Shown here: positions 10,416 through 19,304 of the stretch, piece after piece
Position numbering within the stretch: the stretch's first letter is position 1
Layout of the letters: each line of letters starts with the position of its first letter
Source of the DNA: Spirochaetia bacterium
GTDB lineage: Bacteria; Spirochaetota; Spirochaetia; DSM-2461
Length of the DNA stretch: 64,000 bases
Assembly (NCBI GenBank): GCA_963668315.1
Contig: OY764216.1
Span: forward strand, 5,472,001-5,536,000
Direction of reading: 5' to 3'
Program-made: the position numbers and the translations under genes
Notes under the pieces: generated by a model
Databases searched by the model: none
Told to the model about the DNA's origin: nothing
What the model saw: the letters and a program-made list of their open reading frames with translations, nothing else

Positions 10416-12487
10416 ATGCCGTTGTGCGTACCTCTTTGGCTGGCCTTGATCCTGCTGCTCACGGCAGAAAGCCAGGCTCAAGTGACAATACGCGGTACGC
10501 GACTGATTGCCCCGCCTGAGGAAGATGTCACGGCTGTCGATCTGCAGGGTGCCGAGGCGGTCGTCAGAAGTCCCACCCTCTATCACTCGATTGCATTTCC
10601 GAAAGAGCCCAACCGTCTTGTGACGGTGGATCGCGACATCGAAATCTGGGATCTGGCCTCGCGCAAAAAGGTGGACCGCTGGAAACTGGACGATCCGGCA
10701 AATGCCCGCGACGATTCAACAAATCTGTCGAGAATCATGTCGCAACTTCAATCTGGGGCAACACGTTCCCTTGCCGTGTCGCGTGACGGGCAGTTCCTGG
10801 CATGTCTTGGGGCGCAACTGTGCGTGTTTCATGCGGCGACGGGCAAAAACCGTCTGGAAAGGCGCCCTGGCTGCCGCCGTCTTCCAGGATAACCAAACGC
10901 CCATTGCCTTCTGGCCCACGCGACCGTGGCTGGTAACCCAGGGCCCGGGCAGCGGTGGAACGGTTGTCGATTTCCAGACGGGTGACCAGGTTGCGGTGGT
11001 CGGGCCACCACGTCCCAGGGCCGGTTCCTCCGAACCTCGCCTGGCTGTGTCGGGGCACTATGGCCGAACTTGCGCGGTCTCTCCAACGGGGCGTGACCTG
11101 GCGTTCATCGATTTCGAGATCTTTCCAGGCGGCTGCGTCCGGTTCTGGGAACCGAATGAAAAGCAACTCCTCACCAAGGCCATACGGACCTCCGAAGACA
11201 TCGCCTCCATTGCCTATTCGCCCGACGGCAAGACGATTGCCGCGCTGGTCGGGAACGGGGATTGTCATGACATCGTGTTGTTCGACGCAGAGTCATGCCG
11301 GCGGTACGCCACCCTTGCCCATTCACGCAGCACTCGCCACCTGGTCTTCTCCCCCGACGGGCGCTGGCTGGCGACGCACTCGGCTGGAGATGTTCTCATT
11401 TGGGATGTGAACAGTCGTCAGATCATTGCGGTGTTGACCGGTGCTGTCGGCTGGAGTCCCTGCATAGCCTTCTCTCCCGATTCCCAGTGGTTTGGCGCGG
11501 CGGACGGCGGCGTGTACCTCTGGTCGCTGGCGGAGATCGCAACTGACAAGATCGAGGCGGTCGACACGAAACCACCGCTGGTTGGGCACGCCCACAATGC
11601 GCCGGTTACCGATCTCCACTTCGCGCCGGCGTCCAACACACTCTATTCCGTTGGGCAGGACGGCGCGTTGAACGCCTGGAACTTACCCGGCGGCGACGCC
11701 TGCTGGTCGCAACAGGAGGAACGGCTTGAACTAGCCCGTGTCACCGCTTCTTCCGATGGAAAGCAGCTTATTGCCGCCGGGGCCAGGCGCGGCCGGGGTG
11801 TGATTCGATTTCACGATCCGCAACACGGGACGCTTGGACGCGAAATGACGCGCCCCGCGGGCATGGTGTTAGCGCTCGCGTTGGCTCCAGGCGACCGGCA
11901 ACTTGCCTTCGGAACGAGCGAAGGGGAGATCGCCGTTTACAGCATGGAAGACGAAGGGATCCAGGACACGTTCCAGGCCAAGGGCGCCCCGATTTGGAGT
12001 CTCGATTACTCGCCCGACGGACGCCTGCTGGCCTCTGCCGGCTGGACACGACATGTCGAGTTCAACGATCATACAACTCTGGGACACATCCGCAGGAACT
12101 ATCGTTGGGAAACTCGCAGCTCTCCAGGGAACCGTCTACGTCGTGCGGTTTTCTCCTGACGGAAAGCAATTGGCATCCGGAGGAACGGATGGCGTCGTCC
12201 GCGTGTGGGACGTATCTTCCAGAAGGCTCATCAAGAAGATGGGCGATACCAGCGGAAGTGTCTTCGACTTGGCGTTCCAGCCAGAGGGAGATGCACTCAT
12301 TTTTGCGGGAGCGGACGGTCTTCTCCACCGTTGGCCGCTCAAGACGCGCTCTGCCCGGCAGCTATTGCCCGGACTGGGCGGCTACGGTTTCACCGTGGAA
12401 ATCATGCCCGATGGCCTGGCTGTCCTGGCGGCTGGCGCCGATCGCTCGCTTCATCGCAGGACATTGCCGACACTCTCTGCAGAATGA
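10416..12487 (+). pseudogene. Exported WD40-repeat protein split over three frames (frameshifts near 10845-10849 and 12045-12075)
   Basis: WD40 repeats (IAYSPDGK, LVFSPDGR, VRFSPDGK...VRVWDV) continue across ORFs 10290-10892, 10702-12159 and 11903-12487; removing one A from the A5 run joins ...ATGK to TVWKG... Confidence 0.8.
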
Positions 12488-12533
12488 GGCAGGGGCCATC
12501 CACCGGATGTGCCACTGTGAGGGAACCTTGATC

Positions 12534-13378
12534 ATGAGAAGAACATCCTTGATTCTGGCCTGTCTACTTATCCTCTATGCCGGATGCGCATCAAGCCTGA
12601 ACGCCCAAGATGCCGAGACGCGAAAGCTCCAACACCCCAAATGGCGTTTTGGCGTTCCGGTGACGAAGGAGAACGTTCAGTCGCGCTCCCATATTGCAGT
12701 TGTATCTCCCGATGAGCGCATGATCGCGGTAAGAGTGTATCCCCCACACAACGTTGAGTGCATCGTTCTCTTCGACAGGAAGACCGGACGCGAGATCCGA
12801 CGACTTGCGACACGAGAGGAAGTGGGCCACCAATTCGGTTGGTTGAGTTTCTCGCCCGATTCGAAGCACCTATTGAGTTGGTCCGGCCAAGAGTTCCGGT
12901 ATTGGTCCGTTGAGACGGGTGAGGTTCTTCTGAAGCACGGTATCCGGCGCAAAGGTCCGATTGCCGGCCCTCCCATCTTCCACCCGACGGGCAAGTACTT
13001 CGTCTCGTGTGTTGGGAGTGGCGCCCAAGGCAACCTCTTGCTCTTCTGGGATCGTTCCACGCTGAAACACGTCGGATCGTTCAATCCGAGAGGGGAATAC
13101 CCTTGGTTCGACTGTGATCAAGCAAGGGAGATGAGCTGTCGTACGAAAAGCCTGCATGGGAGCACGGCGCATTCTGCAAGGCGGTTCTGGAAGCTCTCGC
13201 GGGAAAAGCAGATGCTGACGACAATGGGAAGGTCACCATCAAAGAGCTCGTGGACTATGCTCAGCTGCGAGTGGCCGAACTAACCGAAGATCGTCAGCAT
13301 CCGCATCTGCCGAATTTGAACGATTTCGCGCCGGACCTTGTACTTGCTCACGTCGTTGAACAGGCGGGGTCGCCTTAG
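12534..13378 (+). pseudogene. Internally deleted WD40 + caspase gene
   Basis: Signal peptide and WD40-like repeats 12534-~13110, then an out-of-frame caspase C-terminal segment at 13118-13378: SSKGDELSYEKPAWEHGAFCKAVLEALAGKADADDNGKVTIKELVDYAQLRVAELTEDRQHP...*. Confidence 0.75.
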
Positions 13379-13823
13379 ATAGTGGGCGGGATTTTGTCCG
13401 CGCCGGCTTCAAGCTAAGCGGTCCACGGCAGAAGGCGGGATGCGAATTGCCCCGCCTCCGCCCGGATCTTCTCAATCGCGATTGTGTCCCGATCGCGCTC
13501 ACAGTCCAGCACGATCGCGGCGCTGTGCGGTGACCCAGAAACCGATCATCACACGGTTCCCTTCTTTCCCCGAATGCATCGGGAACGCGCGCAATCCGTT
13601 CTGCCGACGGGACTATTCACGGTAAGCAACGGGAGGTCGGTTCCACCTCGACGTTGCTAGCGGCGAGACAAGCTTCTCGCTTCTTCCCCGGAACAGGCCG
13701 GGGCGGAGAGTCGGCAATCCAACCTCGTTGCCATGGGGCAGCGTTTTCATTCAGGCTGGCGCCGTCTTACTCGAGCCTGCTGCAACGGCACGTCCCCCAT
13801 TCACCGGCGTGAAAGGAAAAATC

Positions 13824-13955
13824 ATGAAACCGCTTGGCACGATTCTCATGTACTGTCTTGTCTGCGGACTTTATTGCCTGATGCTGTCGGCAGTAATGAC
13901 GCTCTGCCTGATGGCACTCTCCTTGTCCTATTGCCTGCCGCCGGTTGTCAACTGA
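13824..13955 (+). CDS. Possible 43-aa hydrophobic Cys-rich small protein
   Basis: GAAAGGA upstream of ATG; MKPLGTILMYCLVCGLYCLMLSAVMTLCLMALSLSYCLPPVVN; no family recognised. Confidence 0.3.
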   Translation: MKPLGTILMYCLVCGLYCLMLSAVMTLCLMALSLSYCLPPVVN

Positions 13956-14108
13956 TTGCACCGTGGACACGGCGGCCGTTTTCTCTTCTTCGGCGCGCAA
14001 TATCCCATACCGGCGGGACTATTCCTAGCAAGCAGCAGTTGAGCCGAAAAAGCCTCCCTCGAAACGGGGGCGGCCGGGCTGACATCAAACGAAAACAACT
14101 CCCTCCTT

Positions 14109-15269
14109 ATGAAAGCAAGAGAAACCATGACTGCGACCACGATAGAACGCCGGAAAACCGCTCGCCGCTCGTGCACGCTGATTGTCACGCATCGGTGCAA
14201 CCTGAACTGCCGCTACTGCTACGAAACCAACAAGTCGAACCGCAAAATGACGGTCGACACGGCCAAGGAAATCATCGAGCGCGTGTTGACCACCAACCCG
14301 GGATGCGAAGTGGCGATCGACTTCCTCGGCGGCGAGCCGCTCATGGAGTTCGAGCTCATCCGCGAGGTCGCCGAATGGACCTGGAGCCGCCCCTGGCCCG
14401 TCCCCTACATCATGTTTGCGACGACCAACGGGACGCTGCTCAACGACGAGATGAAACAGTGGTTCCGCGAGAACCGGGATCGATTCCACCTCGGGCTGAG
14501 CCTTGACGGCACTCCCGAGATGCAGATCACCAACCGCGGCTGCTCCTACGACGCCATGGACCTCGACTACTTCCTTAACACCTGGCCTTCCCAAGGCGTC
14601 AAAATGACGATCTCCTGCGAAACGGTTGGCACCCTCGCCGAGGGAGTCATCTATCTCCAGGAAAAGGGTTTTGACGTCCAGGCCACCGTGGGCTACGGAA
14701 TGCCCTGGTCCGACGACACCATCGCCGTGTTTGCCCAGCAGCTCCGCGAACTCGGACAGTACTATCTCGCCCACCCCAACGTCGCCCCGATCCGCTTGCT
14801 CGACCTCGGCCTGGAGTACGTCCTCGGAGAGCGGAAGCAAAAGCGGAAGTTCTGCGGCACGGGAACCCACATGACGACCTTCGACGTCGACGGCCACGCC
14901 TACCCGTGCCAGATGTTCACGCCCCTTGTGATGAACCGGTCGCAGATTGAAGGCCTTGCCGTAATTGACTTCCACGACGAACAGGCTGCCGTCGACGCCA
15001 AGTGCGACACCTGCCTGCTCCACGACATCTGCCCCACATGCTACGGATTCAACTACAAATACACCGGCAACATCGCCACCCGCGAGGACGTGATGTGCCG
15101 GCTCTTCAAAGTCCAGGTCCTGCAATACTGCTGGTTCGAATTCGAACGGCTGCAGGCCAAGGCAAGGCCCCTGAGCCGTGACGACTACCGGAAGGCGAAA
15201 GGCATCCTCAAGGTCCACGAAATGCTCACCCGGTCAGACATCTCGGAGACCGGCTGTGCGGTCGCCTGA
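14109..15269 (+). CDS. Radical SAM/SPASM peptide maturase
   Basis: CNLNCRYC (CxxxCxxC), FLGGEPL, TTNGTLL, SLDG; SPASM-type cysteines FCGTG, YPCQ, CDTCLLHDICPTCYG, MCR; directly upstream of Cys-repeat peptides; alternative start at 14127. Confidence 0.95.
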   Translation: MKARETMTATTIERRKTARRSCTLIVTHRCNLNCRYCYETNKSNRKMTVDTAKEIIERVLTTNPGCEVAIDFLGGEPLMEFELIREVAEWTWSRPWPVPYIMFATTNGTLLNDEMKQWFRENRDRFHLGLSLDGTPEMQITNRGCSYDAMDLDYFLNTWPSQGVKMTISCETVGTLAEGVIYLQEKGFDVQATVGYGMPWSDDTIAVFAQQLRELGQYYLAHPNVAPIRLLDLGLEYVLGERKQKRKFCGTGTHMTTFDVDGHAYPCQMFTPLVMNRSQIEGLAVIDFHDEQAAVDAKCDTCLLHDICPTCYGFNYKYTGNIATREDVMCRLFKVQVLQYCWFEFERLQAKARPLSRDDYRKAKGILKVHEMLTRSDISETGCAVA

Positions 15270-15389
15270 TCGGCCATGCCGCCAAGGCGGCCGAAGCACG
15301 TTGACCGCAATACTCGTTCTGTGTTGTGTGCGGCGAATGGTTTTCGTCGCGGTGCGTATCTTCAACCCACGTTTTGAAAGGGATTCGTG

Positions 15390-15575
15390 ATGACTGCTGT
15401 TCTGGAAATGAAAGACCTCGCCCTGTTGTCGGACTGCGTTCACGAGTACGAACACGAATTCGGAGTCGACATCGACGACGCCGAGCTTCCCGAGGCCGTC
15501 GACTGCAACGGCGGATGCGACGGCACTTGTGCCTGGACCTGCGGCGGCACGTGCAGCGGCACGATGCAGTTCTAG
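15390..15575 (+). CDS. RiPP precursor 1 (CXXX-repeat core CNGGCDGTCAWTCGGTCSGTMQF)
   Basis: RBS GAAAGGGA; acidic leader plus five evenly spaced Cys; present in three copies. Confidence 0.9.
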   Translation: MTAVLEMKDLALLSDCVHEYEHEFGVDIDDAELPEAVDCNGGCDGTCAWTCGGTCSGTMQF

Positions 15576-15600
15576 GCGACACCGCTTCCTGCCGACATCC

Positions 15601-15641
15601 GGTTGTTGGTGGCAAGAACAGCTTCTTTACCGCCAACAACC
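15601..15641 (+). other. Conserved stem-loop after precursor 1
   Basis: GGTTGTTGGTGGCAAG...CTTTACCGCCAACAACC; no U-tract follows. Confidence 0.7.
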
Positions 15642-15691
15642 AGTGCCGGCTGCTTACTCAAGAGAAAACCACGTTTTGAAAGGGATTCGTG

Positions 15692-15877
15692 ATGACTGCT
15701 GTTTTAGAAAGGAAAGACCTCGCCCTGTTGTCGGACTGCGTTCACGAGTACGAACACGAATTCGGAGTCGATATCGACGACGCCGAGCTTCCGGAAGCCG
15801 TCGACTGCAACGGCGGATGCGACGGCACTTGTGCCTGGACCTGCGGCGGCACGTGCAGCGGCACAATGCAGTTCTAG
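15692..15877 (+). CDS. RiPP precursor 2 (core identical to precursor 1)
   Basis: Same RBS; one M-to-R change in the leader, other changes synonymous. Confidence 0.9.
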   Translation: MTAVLERKDLALLSDCVHEYEHEFGVDIDDAELPEAVDCNGGCDGTCAWTCGGTCSGTMQF

Positions 15878-15903
15878 GCGAGCTCTCCCCTCGGCCGGCC
15901 TCC

Positions 15904-15941
15904 GGTTGTTGGGGGCAAGAACGCCTTTGTCGCCAACAACC
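15904..15941 (+). other. Conserved stem-loop after precursor 2
   Basis: GGTTGTTGGGGGCAAG...TTTGTCGCCAACAACC, flanked by a GGCCGGC/GCCGGCC outer stem. Confidence 0.7.
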
Positions 15942-15992
15942 TCCGCCGGCCAGTCACCCTAAGTGCGAACCACATTCAAGAAGGGGTCCGTG

Positions 15993-16178
15993 ATGACTGC
16001 TGTTTTGGAAATGGAAGATCTCGCGTTGTTGTCAGACTGCGTTCATGAGTACGAACACGAATTCGGAGTCAGCATCAACGACGCCGTGCTTCCCGAAGCC
16101 GCCGGCTGCAACGGTGGATGCGACGGTACCTGCGCCTGGAGCTGCCAAGCCATGTGCACCGTCGAGATGAAGTTCTAG
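15993..16178 (+). CDS. RiPP precursor 3 (divergent core CNGGCDGTCAWSCQAMCTVEMKF)
   Basis: RBS GAAGGGG; conserved leader and Cys spacing, altered C-terminal inter-Cys residues. Confidence 0.9.
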   Translation: MTAVLEMEDLALLSDCVHEYEHEFGVSINDAVLPEAAGCNGGCDGTCAWSCQAMCTVEMKF

Positions 16179-16205
16179 GCGAAACGAGTCCTCACCGACG
16201 CACCC

Positions 16206-16243
16206 GGTTGTTGGCGGCAAGGCCACCTTCGCCGCCAGCAACC
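16206..16243 (+). other. Conserved stem-loop after precursor 3
   Basis: GGTTGTTGGCGGCAAGG...CCTTCGCCGCCAGCAACC. Confidence 0.7.
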
Positions 16244-16313
16244 GAGCCTTACCCCTTCCGAATGTCGCTCTTCTCAACTCAGTGTTAACCACCGCATATC
16301 CGGAGTTGCATCC

Positions 16314-18146
16314 ATGACAAAGCGGCCCGATCACGCGTCTGACTGCCCCAAACCGCCCAAAACCGGCAACTCCGACCGGGGCGATGCGACCGATGCCGAA
16401 CGAATGTCAGCCTGGACCAGCCTGGCCTGGATCGTCGGCCGCATCCACGGCAAACCACTTCTGCTCGCTCTCTTGATTGCTTCTCAGGCAGCAACCGGAC
16501 TGGTGCCGTGGTGCCTCGGTCGGGTTGTCGACAGCCTGGGAACTCATCGCACCGGCAACCCCATTGCCATGGCACTGGCCGTCCTCGGCGTCTGCAGCCT
16601 TGGGGGCGTGGTCCTTCGTCGGCTCTTCGAACACCGGTTTCGCACGGCAATGCGACGCGTCGAACTCGCCCTCAGAAACGAAGTTTGGGATACGCTGCAA
16701 ATGCTCTCCCTTCGCACAATCGAAGAGCTTCCCCAGGGCGCGACGCTCAGCAAGATACTCCGTGACACGTCAATCGTTGCCCAAGCAGTTCAGCCCCTGA
16801 TCCGGGCGGCCTTCGCCGCGTCGCTGATGGGCTGCGTTGCCATCATCTCCGCCGGCGCGAAAGCGCCGCTGGTGGCTTTGGCCCTGGCTGCCATGTTGCC
16901 CTTGTACTATTGGCTCCTGCGCAGAGACGTCGCAAACGTTCAGACCGCGAATCACGGATTTCGACTCGGCATCGAAAGGCTTTCCGAAAACGTCTCGCAG
17001 CAGTTGGCAATGCTCCCCTTTCTGCGAGCGACGGCCGCATCCGGCGACGTCCGCCCGATCGTTGACGACGCCATGCGAGAGACGCGCCGCGCCGGCGAGA
17101 ACCTTGACGGGGCATCCGTCGACATGGAGTTTCGACTCGGTTTCCTGCTTACCGGCAGCCAATTTGCCGTTCTGGCCTTGTGCGGCTGGCTGGCATGGAA
17201 CGGCACGCTCACTGTCGGCGACGTGGTCGCCTACTACATGCTGTGTAACTTCGCCTTGGGAGCGTTTATTCAGGCCGTCGGCCTGCTGCCCAACCTCCAT
17301 GCCGTTCAGGAATCATGCCATTCGCTGCAGGAACTGCTCACCCGTCCCGGCGAGGAATGCGACGAAGGACGTCTCCAAATCGCAAACGTCCGTGGCGGTG
17401 TCCGCATTCAGAACCTCGAATTTCGCTACGACCACCACGGAGCAGAAATCCTCTCCCATGTGTCGCTGTCCATCGGACCTCGTGAAACCGTCGCGGTTGT
17501 CGGCCCAAGCGGCAGTGGAAAAACCACGCTGGCACGACTTCTGCTCGGATACGACCATCCAACAGCCGGGACGCTCGAAATCGGCGGTCACGACATCCGC
17601 AATCTCCACCGCGACGGTCTCCGCCGAAAGATCGCCTTGGTGCCCCAGGATGTCGAACTCTTTCGGGGAACGCTCCGCGACAACATCACGCTGCTTTCTC
17701 CGAAGGTGAGTGAGGAACAACTGGCCCGAGCCATCGACATTGCAGGGCTGAAGAGAGTCTTCCATCATCATCCGGCCGGGTTGGACACCGTTGTTGGTCC
17801 CGGCGGCGTTGAATTGTCCGGCGGAGAACGTCAGCGGGTTGCCATCGCCAGGGCAGTTGTCCGAGATGCCGACCTGATCATCCTGGACGAAATGGCCCAC
17901 AGGCTCGACGTGGCTGCCCGCGATGAAATCCTGCAGAAGATGCGAGCCTACTGCAAAACGAAGAGCGTGCTTCTGATCACCCACCAGTCGGAAATGCTCG
18001 ACATGGCCGATCGGGTCTTCGTACTCTGTGATGGGAATGTGACTCAAGTCGACAACCGTACTGCATGCACCGGCTTCGCTCCCCTGGTCAAGAGTCGCAA
18101 GCAAGAAGAGAGATACGGCATTTCTGACGCGCCGCTTTGCTCCTAG
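16314..18146 (+). CDS. ABC exporter, fused transmembrane and ATPase domains, no C39 peptidase domain
   Basis: N-terminal TM helices; Walker A GPSGSGKT, LSGGERQR, Walker B LIILDE, H-loop LITHQ. Confidence 0.93.
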   Translation: MTKRPDHASDCPKPPKTGNSDRGDATDAERMSAWTSLAWIVGRIHGKPLLLALLIASQAATGLVPWCLGRVVDSLGTHRTGNPIAMALAVLGVCSLGGVVLRRLFEHRFRTAMRRVELALRNEVWDTLQMLSLRTIEELPQGATLSKILRDTSIVAQAVQPLIRAAFAASLMGCVAIISAGAKAPLVALALAAMLPLYYWLLRRDVANVQTANHGFRLGIERLSENVSQQLAMLPFLRATAASGDVRPIVDDAMRETRRAGENLDGASVDMEFRLGFLLTGSQFAVLALCGWLAWNGTLTVGDVVAYYMLCNFALGAFIQAVGLLPNLHAVQESCHSLQELLTRPGEECDEGRLQIANVRGGVRIQNLEFRYDHHGAEILSHVSLSIGPRETVAVVGPSGSGKTTLARLLLGYDHPTAGTLEIGGHDIRNLHRDGLRRKIALVPQDVELFRGTLRDNITLLSPKVSEEQLARAIDIAGLKRVFHHHPAGLDTVVGPGGVELSGGERQRVAIARAVVRDADLIILDEMAHRLDVAARDEILQKMRAYCKTKSVLLITHQSEMLDMADRVFVLCDGNVTQVDNRTACTGFAPLVKSRKQEERYGISDAPLCS

Positions 18147-18361
18147 GCAGCCGTGGCCATGGATCACGGCATTTCCGGAGCCCCGACCGTCCTGCTGGGA
18201 AGAGTGGATGCTGGAGAGCGAGCCAGGCGAAGTCTGGAGGAGCCCTTCGGATGGGTGTCTTGTGCTCCGCGCGGGTCGGTTGTGGTCTTCCGAAAACTCA
18301 GCACGACGGGCGAAGTCCGTGGACAATACGGGACTATTCACGATTTCCCGCCCGTTTCCCC

Positions 18362-18407
18362 TTGCAAACTGACTGCACGGTCATATACTGAATATACAGT
18401 TCAGTCA
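18362..18407 (+). promoter_or_regulatory. Sigma70-like promoter overlapped by palindromes (probable TetR operator)
   Basis: TTGCAA(18362)-N16-TATACT(18384); TGAC-N6-GTCA at 18370-18383; ACTGAA-N7-TTCAGT at 18387-18405. Confidence 0.6.
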
Positions 18408-18457
18408 TTACCTGACCCTCTAGTCACCACCCCTTGCAGGGGCAGGAGGAGGCTTCC

Positions 18458-19048
18458 ATGGCACGGCTTCTGGAGCAGCGGAAACGGTTCACGAAAAACG
18501 CGATCTATGACGCCGCCATTGGGATCCTCACCCACGAGGGGTTCGATGCAATGACCATGGAACGTGTCGCTGAGGTTGCGGGCGTCGCCAAGGGCAGTGT
18601 CTACAACTACTTCCCCAACAAGCAGGAGCTTGCTCGCTTCGTTTTCACCAACACTATCGATCCACTCGCCGAAACCATCGAAGGGATTGCGAATCGGGAC
18701 CTACCGGCCCTCGAGAAACTCCGCCAGATTCTGCGGACGTGGTTCCAGTACGTGAACGAGCATCGCGGGGTGGTCAATATGCTGTTCAACGACCACGCAT
18801 TTCAGAAGCTGTTGAAGATGGTAGACCCGCCACCGAGGAACAAGCCAATCGGCCGCTTTGACGCGATTATCCGACAGGGAATCGAAGAAGGCGTTTTTCG
18901 CGCCGTTGATGCTCGCGAATACGCGAGGTTGTTGTTCGTCGTCGTTTGCGAAACTTGCGACGAACACGTTGCCCGACAAGAGACGTGGGGCATCGAAGAT
19001 TCGGTCGACCTTGTCATGGACTTCTTCCTTCATGGCGCCGGCAAGTAA
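18458..19048 (+). CDS. TetR/AcrR family transcriptional regulator
   Basis: RBS AGGAGG; HTH GFDAMTMERVAEVAGVAKGSVYNYFPNKQEL. Confidence 0.95.
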   Translation: MARLLEQRKRFTKNAIYDAAIGILTHEGFDAMTMERVAEVAGVAKGSVYNYFPNKQELARFVFTNTIDPLAETIEGIANRDLPALEKLRQILRTWFQYVNEHRGVVNMLFNDHAFQKLLKMVDPPPRNKPIGRFDAIIRQGIEEGVFRAVDAREYARLLFVVVCETCDEHVARQETWGIEDSVDLVMDFFLHGAGK

Positions 19049-19304
19049 TCGAGGGGAAGGATGGACCACGGGAAGAACCGGCATCGCAAGCGAGCAGATG
19101 TCTATTGGAGGTCGCCAATCTGACGGTCGGTTCGTGGTCCACGTTCGAACCGCTGTGCCCTCTCAGCGGCCCCCAATTCAAGGCTCAGCAGCCACCTTGA
19201 CTGAGACGTGATTCGCAGTGATCTTGCGGCGTTGCGTCCCACGGCGCACAGGCTGCGCAAAATGATCGGTCTTTCAATACACCGCGAAAAAACGGAACGC
19301 TTCA

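Larger units (their letters stand above)
15367..16245 (+). repeat. Three-copy tandem repeat of ~302 bp (RBS + precursor gene + hairpin)
   Basis: Units begin with CCAC at 15367, 15669 and 15970. Confidence 0.92.

Noticed and set aside
11994..12533. N-terminal 180 aa of ORF 11994-13283
   Set aside because: Overlaps the WD40 frame; the signal peptide starts at ATG 12534
2..13378. Gasdermin, CRISPR type III-E or other known defence effector linked to the proteases
   Set aside because: No such gene is recognisable in the window
15367..16245. Regular repeats as a CRISPR array
   Set aside because: The period is ~302 bp, the units encode peptides, and no cas genes are present
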